A DNA stretch of 64,000 bases from positions 21,006,974-21,070,973 of the forward strand of contig NC_068986.1 in NCBI RefSeq assembly GCF_001194135.2. Reading direction: 5' to 3'. The position numbers were made by a program, and so were the translations under genes. The notes beneath the pieces were generated by a model. The model made no database searches. It saw nothing but the letters and a program-made list of their open reading frames with translations, and was not told the DNA's origin. The first letter of the stretch is position 1. The number at the start of each line of letters is the position of its first letter. The stretch comes from Octopus bimaculoides (taxonomy: Eukaryota). Below, in pieces: positions 51,060-64,000 of this stretch.

Positions 51060-52476
51060 TATATAAAAGCAACCAAGAAAAACTATGTCAAATACGAAAA
51101 TAACCCAAAGGTCAAAAATGGTTTTTAAGTCTGTATCAAATAGAGAAACCTTCAAATATACTTGAAATCAGCAAACGAACTGTCAGACCATACATATATG
51201 TACACATATACGCACAGACGTGGGCAAAGTTGTTTTTGAGGAAGATTTGCAGCTGACCGTGCACACAATTCTCTCGTTTCCACGCAATCAATTTTTATCC
51301 AAGAGATAAACTGCTCTCTTTCTTCCGGAAAGAGAACAATTTTTCTTTAAGGCCCATCTAGCTGGGCACCAATTTCGTCGTAGACGTTCCTGCCAGAGCG
51401 CAAAGACCAGAACGGATACGCAAAGCATTTTCTTGTACTCACAGTTCTTCTGATCAACGTCTTGGATTAATACTATTTTAGTGACCCCCAAAAGGGTAGG
51501 CTGGCGTCAGTTCTACCAATTTACCGTTTTAACCGAAGAGCTGAAGAATATACTAGACTAGTTATCAATGAGTATTGGCTCGTTTCCTAATTTTTATCGA
51601 AAAATCAGAAGTAATGTCCTCAATAGACGAAATGGTTACGAGTTTTCTAGGAGAGTTCTGTGAATATCCCATGATGCTTTTCAATTTAATAAAATGATTA
51701 TACGAATATAGTTTACTTTTGTTCCATGTGGCTTTTGTATGGAGAGGAATTGAGCGACCAGATAACATGACGAATTACTAACTCTGAGTTAGTGAATTCA
51801 AATATGTTGTCGTTGTTTAATGATGCGTGTCATGATGTTTTATTGTAGGAAATCACAATTCGCCTATTCAACAACAATTAGAACTGGATCATCTAGGATA
51901 GATAGCTACATAAGATTAGAAGCTTATCCAAAAAGTGGATTGATTTCATTCGCTACCCTTTATGAAACGAACTAAATCGCAGCCATCAGGTCACCATTAA
52001 TTATTAAAAGATATTTAAAGATATTTTCAGAAGACTGTTATTGCTAAACAAATGAATCGTTGGCTAAACATTTTCAAATATGTCACTCTGGACTTAATTA
52101 GGGTTAACATATTTACAGTATGGAGTATTTAAAAAAGCTAACTCGAAATATTGACACGGCAAGAAAAAACAACAGTCAATGATTATTTTCTCTGCAACTA
52201 CGAAAGACAGCACCAGATCAATTTCGGTATTATTCTGACTTCATCAAGGAAGCATGCACTTCACTGTATTGATGAGGAAATTACTAAGTAAATGTAGAAT
52301 ATTCTATACTGATTGACATTGAGAATATATTATCTTTCGATACCATTCGCCTGAAAAAGCAATAATTAAGCTAGCGTTAACATATTTAATTTAAGTAAAA
52401 TTATGCGCTGTGAAGAAAAAGATATTGGTCCTAGAATAATATCATTTTGATACTTTCTATAGGTATGACAGACAAC

Positions 52477-52514
52477 TCCTGACATGTTTCAGTCTAATGA
52501 TTATCATCAGCAAA
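52477..52514 (-). ncRNA. Minimal hammerhead motif with a GUC cleavage triplet
   Basis: CUGAUGA-U-AAUC[auua]GACU-GAAA-CAUG-UC. Core intact and CAUG palindromic; stem II has one mismatch and stem I is weak. Confidence 0.5.
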
Positions 52515-53904
52515 TTCCGTTCGGCACATTGTAAATAAATTACCTTGCGTACATACAACTCACCGTTGCAAGCAGCGAAAACATTTTTTTAACATTGGCG
52601 CTTAATAGTGAATGCTTTAATAACCCTCAGTATAATGTCCAGCTCTTGCTTGACCAGACTGTCCTGATGACACTGCATGGAAAGGAAATCTTACAACTCA
52701 ATGATTATCACAGACTTGTCTATTGTGATTCTATCCTTAATGGTTCGGTAAAAGCTACATTCAGAATGCTTTGTAAATGCATTGTAGAATTTAAACTCCA
52801 AAAATACAGATTCACATTTCACTGACGCCGACTTTGCCTTTAATCATTCCCATATTATTTAAATTAATATCAGTAATTAGCTTCTAATTAAAGTAGCTAG
52901 AAAATAATATTAGTAACAATTATTTACTTATAATTATATCGTTTATTATAAGCTCTTATTTTTCACAGCTAATGTGTAACGCTTTCAATCTGCATTTCTT
53001 TATACTTTATAAAGCGTACTAATTATACATCTGCCAAGCCCCATAAGGTTTTACAATGGTGTTATTTTAACCTGTATTATTAAACCGTTCGCATGCTGAC
53101 TATTTTCTCCTAATTAAATTATACTATACAATAATTCATAATACATTGATTGCATTTTGGAACAACGTCTTTCGGATGAAATTCTGTAACAAATCAATTG
53201 TGACGTACAGGTGTTATGTATTTTCAATTTAGGATGATTTTATTTCCATCCAATGATAAAATAAAAACAAAAGCGAAACAAAATGTCGGATTTTATTTCC
53301 AAATCAATCACAGTTGAACATGCTTGCCAAATAGGGAGAAAAAAAAAAGGAAACTCCCTTCTTCAGAAATGAAAGAGAAAATCAAACGTATAGTCAATGA
53401 AAACTAATACACGCACGCACGCACGCACGCACGCACACATATCATACACGTATTTATATACATATATACATGTGCGTGCGTGAGTATATATAAATACGTA
53501 TATACCTATACATACACACACACATATATATATGTATGCATTTATATACATATTTATACGAATAATTGTGTGTGTGCGCGCGCACTCTGCATACAAGCGT
53601 GTAATCATATATGCAAGTATGCAATGAATAATTCATAATTTTCAAAATGGCGCCAAAATAACATTTTTTTGTTTCTTTGGTGCCAGTCAAAGCCTTTTCC
53701 TCATTTCGCGTGAAGTTCGGACGAAAACTCATTTTAAAGTAGCCAACATTTTGATGCACGGAGAAAAAAGAGAGGCAGAAAATCGTTTCTATAATTCAGA
53801 TTTAAAAGAGAAATGATCTTTCATATTGTTATAATAATGTCTTCCTTTATTTGCTAATATCGATACAGTTGGCTTCGTTAACATCACTAACAATAGTCAT
53901 TTTA

Positions 53905-54217
53905 TCTTTTGCTTCTTCACTTGTTTCAGTTATTAGACTGCAGCCATGCGGGGGCAACGAATTGAAGGGTTTACTCGAACAAATTGACCCCAGTACTTGT
54001 TTTGTTGTTAGTTTTTTTTTTTAAGTCTGGTACTTATTCTATCGGTCTTTTGTACCGAGCTGCTAAGTTACGAGAACGTAGACAAACCAATCACATGGTT
54101 CCGGGTTCAGTGCCACAGCGTGGCACCTTGGGTAAGTGTTTTCTACTATAGCCTCGAGCTGACCAAAGCCCTGAGAGTGGATTTGGGAGATGGAAACTGA
54201 AAGCTGTCGGATATATG

Positions 54218-54252
<35 letters not shown>

Positions 54253-54625
54253 AACCACCGCCTGACAGCCGATGTTAGTTATTACGTCCCCGTAAGCTAG
54301 TAGTTCAGCAAAATAGATCGATAGAATAAGTACCAGGCTTAAACAGTACCGAGGTTGATTCATCTGACTAAAAATTCTTTAAGGTCGTGCCCCAGTATGG
54401 CCAGTGTAATGACTTTAGCAATTAAAAGATGATAGATAGATAGATAGATAGATAGATTTGTACGACAACCTCTATGCATTTTCGTCTGCCAAATTCACTC
54501 AAGGAATTGGTCGGCATGAGACTATAACAAAAATACTTGTCCAAACGCCACGCAGTGTGACTGAAACTCAAATCTCATTGTTACAAAGTGAGATTCTCAG
54601 CCATACACACATATGCCTGCGCCCA
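53905..54625. mobile_element. Three SINE F2 pieces: - (53905-54090), + (54091-54428), - (54460-54625)
   Basis: Orientation read from the F2 body motifs. Confidence 0.85.
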
Positions 54626-56022
54626 GCCATGCTAAAATAAATTTAAAAGAAACGAAAACGATTAAAAGTAAAAAAATTAAGCCGCGCAACTCGTATTATT
54701 GGCTTCGTGTCAGTTTTAGTCCGGCCTATATCATTCTGAAAGTTATTTGCATACTTGTTGCCAATTTGAAAGAATTCTTTCGCCTTATTTGTGACTGTTG
54801 ACATGCGCGTCTACAGAACACACGGAAATAGAATCTCTAAACTTACAATACGCTGTTTGCACAGTTGTTTTCTATCCTAAAGGACATCTTAAATATTCCC
54901 TAAGGGTCTGCTTTAAAATTAGTTCACAAACAATACTGGCACACTGACAGACTTCCGTTTTAAAACACTTATAAATGTTCCACGTTATAGAAGCAATTTG
55001 CGAGTCTTATACATATATACGTGTGTGTGTGAGTGTGTATGTGTACGAATATACATACACACACATTTAACTGACTAAAATATGTGTATATGTGTATAAC
55101 TACGTATGTACGCATGTATATATACACTGGTGCATGGACATGCATACAGGGCTCACATAGATTCATATATATGTGTGTGTGTCTGTATGTGCGTGTAAAG
55201 ATCTATCTGTGAGTGTACATATATGTATGCGCATATATGCCTATGTATGTACATATATACCAACTTTCATTCTTACATAGACACAGATACATGCATACAT
55301 ACGTGTATGTGTGTGTGTGCCTGTGTGTAGTATTTTTTCGTATCATTCCGATGCTGCGTTCCTTTCTCTTCTCCATCCTTCCAACTAATAGAATAGTTAA
55401 ATTTTTTTTCTCANNNNNNNNNNNNNNNNNNNNNNNNNNNNNNNNNNNNNNNNNNNNNNNNNNNNNNNNNNNNNNNNNNNNNNNNNNNNNNNNNNNNNNN
55501 NNNNNNNNNNNNNNNNNNNNNNNNNNNNNNNNNNNNNNNNNNNNNNNNNNNNNNGATGGATGAATGGATAGATAGATAGATAGATACATACATACAGAGA
55601 TACATACATACAAACAGATATATAGATACATACAGAGAGATAGATACATACATACAGACACATATATATAGATACATGCATACAGATACATACATACAGA
55701 CAGATACATACAGATAGATATATATACATACAGATAGACAGATATATAGATAGCACGAATAAGCAAACACTTTTTTCACTGAAGTTATAAACAAGTGCTT
55801 CGACTCTTGTAAGGTTCATTAGTCCAGGGGTGCCTCTGGCTGAAGAAGCATAGAGATATCAAAACATCGGTTATCGAAGAGCCCCTTAAACTAATGGATT
55901 GAGTGTATTTTGAGCACACATTCGTCGTAAAGGAGACGTTCTTCTCCTATGACCAAATACAACAGCGATGTGCATAGTCACGTTCGAATCTGCCAGAACG
56001 TACAAAGAATATGCAAGTCATC

Positions 56023-56054
<32 letters not shown>

Positions 56055-57267
56055 NNNNNNNNNNNNNNNNNNNNNNNNNNNNNNNNNNNNNNNNNNNNNN
56101 NNNNNNNNNNNNNNNNNNNNNNNNNNNNNNNNNNNNNNNNNNNNNNNNNNNNNNNNNNNNNNNNNNNNNNNNNNNNNNNNNNNNNNNNNNNNNNNNNNNN
56201 NNNNNNNNNNNNNNNNNNNNNNNNNNNNNNNNNNNNNNNNNNNNNNNNNNNNNNNNNNNNNNNNNNNNNNNNNNNNNNNNNNNNNNNNNNNNNNNNNNNN
56301 NNNNNNNNNNNNNNNNNNNNNNNNNNNNNNNNNNNNNNNNNNNNNNNNNNNNNNNNNNNNNNNNNNNNNNNNNNNNNNNNNNNNNNNNNNNNNNNNNNNN
56401 NNNNNNNNNNNNNNNNNNNNNNNNNNNNNNNNNNNNNNNNNNNNNNNNNNNNNNNNNNNNNNNNNNNNNNNNNNNNNNNNNNNNNNNNNNNNNNNNNNNN
56501 NNNNNNNNNNNNNNNNNNNNNNNNNNNNNNNNNNNNNNNNNNNNNNNNNNNNNNNNNNNNNNNNNNNNNNNNNNNNNNNNNNNNNNNNNNNNNNNNNNNN
56601 NNNNNNNNNNNNNNNNNNNNNNNNNNNNNNNNNNNNNNNNNNNNNNNNNNNNNNNNNNNNNNNNNNNNNNNNNNNNNNNNNNNNNNNNNNNNNNNNNNNN
56701 NNNNNNNNNNNNNNNNNNNNNNNNNNNNNNNNNNNNNNNNNNNNNNNNNNNNNNNNNNNNNNNNNNNNNNNNNNNNNNNNNNNNNNNNNNNNNNNNNNNN
56801 NNNNNNNNNNNNNNNNNNNNNNNNNNNNNNNNNNNNNNNNNNNNNNNNNNNNNNNNNNNNNNNNNNNNNNNNNNNNNNNNNNNNNNNNNNNNNNNNNNNN
56901 NNNNNNNNNNNNNNNNNNNNNNNNNNNNNNNNNNNNNNNNNNNNNNNNNNNNNNNNNNNNNNNNNNNNNNNNNNNNNNNNNNNNNNNNNNNNNNNNNNNN
57001 NNNNNNNNNNNNNNNNNNNNNNNNNNNNNNNNNNNNNNNNNNNNNNNNNNNNTATATATATATATATATGCTTGGAATGACTAATTGTAAACGCCATTGG
57101 AACTCACACACAAGGTACAGGAAACTTATATATACACCATTCTGCTTAAATAATGGAACTGCAAATACAATATCCTTACGTATCCAACGTCTATTTTCAT
57201 TCATCCACTTCACTCTGTATTTCATATCTTCTCTATAATAACTATTACTTAAACATTTTCTCCCGCC

Positions 57268-57315
57268 GTCTCTGATGAAGGGATATATCAAATATCCCGG
57301 AAACATCTGTAAGAC
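57268..57315 (+). ncRNA. Hammerhead motif in a PLE-type fragment
   Basis: GTCT-CTGATGA-A-GGGATAT[atcaa]ATATCCC-G-GAAA-CATCTG-TA-AGAC: 4-bp stem I, 7-bp stem II; CATCTG is one base from palindromic CAGCTG. Confidence 0.65.
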
Positions 57316-58744
57316 CTTCTCTTTATAAATGTTCTGAAAACTATTCACAGCCTTAGCTTTTTTTAATCTCATTCTGTTTATATAGAACGTCGATTACACC
57401 TACGTTTAGAGAACGAGTGCTGCTGTTACATACACGCTAGGGAATATGACTGGGTTAAGGGAACCTACACAACTGGACTCTTCTTAGACTGTATATAAGG
57501 ATTGTATGACTATTAATTAATTGTCAGTTCGTGTATTATTACTAGAATCTACTTTCTTAAATTCATTTACTTATCTTCTGTTATAATATCCGTACCTGGG
57601 TTAAGTGCTGAAGGACAGTAGTTAGCTCTCAGTGGAGCCATGTTTACGATTCTAATTTGATTTTCATTTGTAGTGATTATAACTGACTTGATATTGAGAA
57701 AGGAATAAACATCTCAACTCTTGTATAACTTTTAAATTTTTGCCTCTCGACAAAAGAGACCTCGATAAGGGGCGAATATTGATTAAGGCTGTTTGTCATT
57801 TTTTTCTTTTCAGTTTACGGTGCAATAGATAGTATAATCATGTTTGTATATCTGCTACGTAGATTTACATATTTGATACCGTGAGACTGTGTGGTCTTCG
57901 TTGACGGGATGCTCATATTAAATAATAGTGCATGGCCCTGTTACGGGTCCTAATATGCCCACGAGTTTGCATTTATACATATTACTACTTATCGCTTCTA
58001 TTCTGTATTCACAGAGAGAATTAATATCATAAAAGAACCAATTTATGTGTTAGAAAGAAGAACAATATTGGCAAAGGTGAATATATCAAGATGAAGTGAA
58101 CGAAAGATGGGGAAAACTAACGTATGGAGTACAAAGTTTCACAGGATATTGTGTATACCCTGTCATATAACTTAAGACATAAAGAAACTAATTTCCATGT
58201 TTAGGGAATCAGACGAGAAGATTTTTTGGCTTTTGCTTTTTCGGAAAAGAGTAGGATGTTTTATTTTGTTCTTGGCGAAAGATGAAACCAAATTTTGTCA
58301 AGGTTTGGCGGACATGTTGAAAAGCTAACCGGATATCTCCTTTTCGTTGTATTTGAATATAAAACCAATCAATTATCGCCTAAACGAGCTTCGGTGATGC
58401 CAACTTGTTAGATAGACTTATAATGACTTAAGTTTTAAGTTACCTCACCAACTATGGCAGCTGTACCTTGAGTATTTTACAGAGAAACCCTATCAAGACA
58501 CAAAGTTAATTCCCGGTCTGGCATTGAGAATGGGGGATCTTGTCGGTGATAGGTGTTGGGGGTTGTTTGAGTGGGCGTTGTCCATGATTGGGTAAAAGGG
58601 GTGTAAGGAGAGAAGGATGTTTTTGTCAATAGTGTTGTGGCTTTTGCCGATTTTATTATTTTTACTCATTGCGGCTGACGAGGGCCGTGTTGTTGTTGTT
58701 GTAATAGCCGCTGTTGTTATTACAAACTGATTGTATTATTGAAT

Positions 58745-59395
58745 AGCGACTAGCTAACAGAATCGTTATCGCACCGGACAGAATGCTTAGCGGTATTTCG
58801 TCCGTCTTTATATTCTGAGTTCAAATTCCGCCGATGCTCACTTTGCTTTTCATCCTTCCGGGGTCGATAAAACAAGTAGCAGTTGTGGACTAGGGTCGAT
58901 GTAATTGACTAGCCACTCCCCCCGAAATTTCAAGCCTTGTGTATTTGTTACACCATTAGAAAGAATCATTATTATTATTATTATTATTATTATTACATTT
59001 TGCTTCTAGGCACAAACGTGGCGATGTGGCAAGAAGTTTACTTCCCAACCACATAATTCCGGGTTCAATCCTACTGTGAAGCACAATGGGCAAGTTCTAT
59101 AGCCTCAGGCCGAGCCGACCAAGGCCTTGTAAGTGGATTTGGTAGACGAAAACTGAAAGAAGTTCGTCGTGTGTGTCAGTGTCAGCTTTTGTCTTCCATC
59201 ACCGCTTGACAACCGGTGTTGGTGCGTTTACACTTCCGTAACTTAGCGGCTCAGCAAAAGAGCTTGATAGAATAAGTACTAGGCTTTTAATTAAAAAAAT
59301 AAATAAATACAGGGGTCGATTCATTCGACTAAAGATTCTTCAAGGCGGCGCCCCAGCATGGCCGCAGTCAAATCACTGAAACAAGTAAAAGATTA
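58745..59395 (+). mobile_element. SINE F1 (58745-58970) followed by SINE F2 (59030-59395)
   Basis: Both are near full length, with an (ATT)n tail between them. Confidence 0.9.
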
Positions 59396-59849
59396 GCAGT
59401 TCCAATTCCTTTGTGTTACCGTTTCACTTTTGGTTTATTTGTTGTTGCAGTCACTTTCTACTTATAGCAAAAGAATTCCAACCGTGACTGTTCGCACTGA
59501 GATATAGTGTGACTTGGACAACATTAACTGTGTCGATCCGATTTTTAAGATTGTACCGTGTGATTTGTAAGAGATTTGGCTGCTATTTTTAGCAGTTCCA
59601 GAAATCATGCAGAAGCTCCTTCATTAGCGATTATTTTTGCTGTTGTTGTTGTCTTTGTTGTTGTTTAGCCCCAGGCAACTCTGACCGTACAAGTCTAGAA
59701 TCAAAGGCTTTCCAGCCGTAACCATCGTGTCCATTCTAGGTCTATCTCCAATTAGACTGGACTGTGTAATGTGTCTTTGCGATTTGGGGGAAGATAGGGT
59801 GTTATAACAATTTGGATTGGCTGATATTTCTAAAAGGTCAAGTTCACTT

Positions 59850-60038
59850 ATTCGTGGTGGTGGTGGTGGTGGTGGCGGTGGTGGTTTTATGCATCGTTAT
59901 GTCCGGGATCATCAACATCATCATCACCATTATCATCATTATCACAGCGCCATCATCATTATCATCACCACCACTGTTATCATCATCACATTCATCATCA
60001 TTATCACAGCCACCACCACCACCACCACTATCATCACA

Positions 60039-60069
<31 letters not shown>

Positions 60070-61240
60070 CAGCCCCACCATCATCATCATCACAGCCCCA
60101 CCATCATCATCATCACAGCCCCACCATCATCNNNNNNNNNNNNNNNNNNNNNNNNNNNNNNNNNNNNNNNNNNNNNNNNNNNNNNNNNNNNNNNNNNNNN
60201 NNNNNNNNNNNNNNNNNNNNNNNNNNNNNNNNNNNNNNNNNNNNNNNNNNNNNNNNNNNNNNNNNNNNNNNNNNNNNNNNNNNNNNNNNNNNNNNNNNNN
60301 NNNNNNNNNNNNNNNNNNNNNNNNNNNNNNNNNNNNNNNNNNNNNNNNNNNNNNNNNNNNNNNNNNNNNNNNNNNNNNNNNNNNNNNNNNNNNNNNNNNN
60401 NNNNNNNNNNNNNNNNNNNNNNNNNNNNNNNNNNNNNNNNNNNNNNNNNNNNNNNNNNNNNNNNNNNNNNNNNNNNNNNNNNNNNNNNNNNNNNNNNNNN
60501 NNNNNNNNNNNNNNNNNNNNNNNNNNNNNNNNNNNNNNNNNNNNNNNNNNNNNNNNNNNNNNNNNNNNNNNNNNNNNNNNNNNNNNNNNNNNNNNNNNNN
60601 NNNNNNNNNNNNNNNNNNNNNNNNNNNNNNNNNNNNNNNNNNNNNNNNNNNNNNNNNNNNNNNNNNNNNNNNNNNNNNTCATCATCATCATCATCATCAT
60701 CACCATCATCGATTTTATTCTAGATGTTGTTGACGTTGGGAGTGGTGTGGCGGTGGCAGTGAGGTGGTGGTGGCTATCGTTTTCCCTGTTCTAGTTGTTG
60801 CTGCACTGGTCGCTCTTGTCATCATTGTTGTTACTACTGAGTTGATGATGGTAGTGATGGTGATGGTGCTGAAATACGGCGGTGCAAAGAGCAATGGTGG
60901 TGGGGGGTACTGGTGGTGCTGCTACTACTGGCAGTAGTGTTGGTAGTAGCTGGTGGTGGTCGTGGTCGTTGTCGTCATCGTGCTACTGCTGGTACCGGCG
61001 GCAACGACGACGGTGGTGGTGCTGTTGATGGTAGTGTCGGTGGTGATGGTGGGAGTGGTGATTCTAGTGGTGGTGGTGGTGCTGATGGTGCAGGTGGAGG
61101 CGGTAGTACCAGTGGTACTAATCATCATCTTTCCACTCATTATCATAACTGTTGTTCCTATTACCACCACCACCACCATCACTACTACTATTACTACTAC
61201 TACCATTACTACTATCGATGCTTTGGCAACTTGACAGACA
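59850..61240. repeat. Trinucleotide low-complexity block (GGT, CAT, CAC, TAC)
   Basis: Mixed trinucleotide runs on both sides of a gap. Confidence 0.9.
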
Positions 61241-61916
61241 GAAGACCTCATTAGGTGAGAGCCGTCTCTTATGACGTGATCATCGGAATGAGCTTCACTG
61301 AGTCGACGCCATTAAACAGCCATAAACTTGACAACCTCCGTATATTGTAAAGCAAAGTTTTTCCACCTTAACTTCTAAACCAGAGCCAGCCTCCCCCCTC
61401 TCTCTCTCTCTCTCTCTTTTTCTCTCTCTCTATCTATCTATCTCTCTATCTATCTATCTATCTATCTATGTATCTCCCTCTCTCCTCTTTCTTTTACTCT
61501 TTCTCTTACTCGAAACGCCCATATATTAGTGAAACAGAGCCGTGACACTGTATGCCCTCTGCGGGACGTTGATGTACTTGTATTTCTCTGATATGTATGT
61601 ATGTATATATGTATACATACATATAAATATATATACGTATGTATATTTATGTATATATGTATATCTGTATATATGTACACATATATATGTATGTATATAT
61701 ATATATGTATATATGCATATACATATATAGATGTATGTATATATGTATACATATGAATGCATGTATATATATATATGCATGTGTGTATGTGTGTGTATAT
61801 ATATATATAACATGTGTGTGCGTGTGTATGCGTATGCATGTATGTATGCATATATATATATGTATGTGTGTATGTGTATGCATGTATGTATGCATATGTG
61901 TGCGTGTGTATGTGTA

Positions 61917-61988
<72 letters not shown>

Positions 61989-62195
61989 TATGTATATCAG
62001 TGGAGGGGTACCCTCCGCATTCACTAATATTATTTCAATAGAACTTCAATTCAATTTATTGTTACTGTGTCAGAATACTACGTAAAAGTAGACGGCATGT
62101 CGAGCTTATGCAATAAAATCAACAGTAGCAGCAATCAAGCTATTTATACAAGCATCAACTATATAACAATTATAGTAACATGAACACATTAAATA

Positions 62196-62932
62196 CATCT
62201 TTTCTTTAACTTGCTTCAGTCATTGGACTGCGACCATGCTGGGGCACCACCTTGAAAGGTTTTAATCGAACAAATCGACCCTATGTGCTCCTTTTAAAAA
62301 ATGAAATTAAATTTTCTCGTTCTTTTTTCTTTTGCCGAACTGCTAATTTACCGCATGCTTTGGTGGTTAGAGCATTGGGCTCACAATCATGAGGTAGTGA
62401 GGTCGATTCTTGGACCGGGCTGTGTGTTGTGTTCTTGAGCAAGACACTTTATTTCGTGTTGTTCCAGTTCACTCAGCTGTAGAAATGAGTTGTGACGTCA
62501 CTGGTGCCAAGCTGTATCGGCCTTTGTGCCTTTCCCTTGAATAATATCAGTGGTGCGGAGAGGAGAGGTTGGTATGCATGGGGCAACTTCTGGTCTTCCA
62601 TAAACAACCTTGCCGGACTTGTGCCTCGGAGAGGAACTTTCTAGGTGCAATGCCATGGTCATTCGATACCTGAATGGGGTCTTTTTACTTTACGAAGACG
62701 TAAACAAATCAAACCCGATCGTTAAAAGGTTATGTTGGGGTGACAAATACAGGCATAAACAACCCTACCCACACACATACGATGGGCTTCCACACTGTTT
62801 CCTTCTACCTTATTCACTCACAAGGCATCGGTCGCTCCGGGGCTATAACAGAAGACGCCTACCCAATGTGCCGCGCGGTGGCATTGTACACGAAACCCAC
62901 AAGCTTCTTGACCTTACAGCCATGGATGCACC
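62196..62932. mobile_element. - strand SINE F2 interrupted by a + strand F3-type SINE (about 62353-62693)
   Basis: The F2 sequence breaks at GCTAATTTAC and resumes at TTTACGAAGACGTAAAC; TTTAC is duplicated at the junctions. Confidence 0.8.
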
Positions 62933-63288
62933 TAATACACACATATATACATTATACACACATATAAACATACATACATTACACACACATATATACATTA
63001 CACACACATACATACATATATACATTACACGCACACATACATTTCACACACACATCCATACATGCATATATACATTACACACACATACACACACTTACAT
63101 ACGTACATACATACACACATACACACACACATTCATACAACACACACATTCATACAACACACATACATACATACATACACACACATACATTCATGCATAC
63201 ATTACACATTCATGCATACATTACACATACATACATACTTACACTCATACATACATACATACACACAAAGATACACATACACACACAC

Positions 63289-63319
<31 letters not shown>

Positions 63320-64000
63320 CATACACACATACACACACACATACATACATACATACATACACACATACATACACGCACACATACATACATACATACACAT
63401 GTACATACAATATAATATGATATAACGTAATACGTACTCTCATTATTAGCGAAGAACTGTGCCAAGTTATCCGCGACCTAAGTGTACCTGAACAACCTGG
63501 CGTTGTGGTGACTAGCATATTAAATGACGTTGGATGCTTTTATAAATAATAGTCCAGGTTGACTTCTTAAACGAACTGCAATAAAATGCCTATAACAACT
63601 TGTATGTTTCTCATTATCCACTGCACGGACCAATCGATCACAGATGGAATTCTCATGCCCTCCACCCTCTGTTATTCAGTAGTTCAAGGGGTCTTTTTTA
63701 CGTATTTACCGACATTAGCTTTAACTTGATGAACATTATCAGTGTGATTAATTTCATCTTCAGTATTATATCGCAGTATCGTTAAGCGAGATAATGATAT
63801 TCGATGGTGATGCCCTGTTAATATCTTATTTGCGAATAGCAAATTAAAAGCAACTGAAAAGCCGCGCTTAACTCGTCCAGCACATGGTCTCCAACAAAAA
63901 AATTATTACAGATTGCATATCGCCATACTTCACCTCCGTTCCTGGGTGAAACAGAGGCGAAGACGTTATACGTTTCTTGGCGAAAACTGGGTATAATTTC

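Noticed and set aside
60913-61254. Gly/Thr/His/Tyr-rich ORFs on both strands
   Set aside because: Trinucleotide low complexity, open in several frames, with no splice or domain support.
63420-64000. Protein-like frames at the window end (e.g. minus-strand EIIPSFRQETYNVF..., superficially GPCR helix 8)
   Set aside because: The frame closes after 60 codons, alternative frames look equally plausible, and no motif is convincing; flanking sequence is needed.

Overview
AT-rich, microsatellite-dense eukaryotic DNA from a gapped draft assembly (about 15 N-runs). The SINE families and 5S sequence suggest an octopus/coleoid cephalopod (inference). No intact, recognisable protein-coding gene is present, and nearly all long ORFs in the track are N-gap or microsatellite artefacts. 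The window is a mosaic of tRNA-derived SINEs (at least three head/body types, about 35 copies, often nested), Tc1/mariner and Tigger-like MITEs, Helitron ends, two Tx1/L1-clade LINE remnants, one full-length 5S rRNA copy and several hairpins. The most interesting signal is a set of at least seven minimal hammerhead-ribozyme motifs of the Penelope-like-element (PLE) type, from several unrelated repeat families. These include a tRNA-headed SINE-like element carrying a hammerhead (22516-22761), a tandem pair with a variant core (39756-39955) and an intact copy beside an 82-bp-arm palindrome (27164-27415). Also notable are a 5S rRNA joined to a SINE 3' tail and a Tx1 LINE 3' end flanked on both sides by (AGAT)n.
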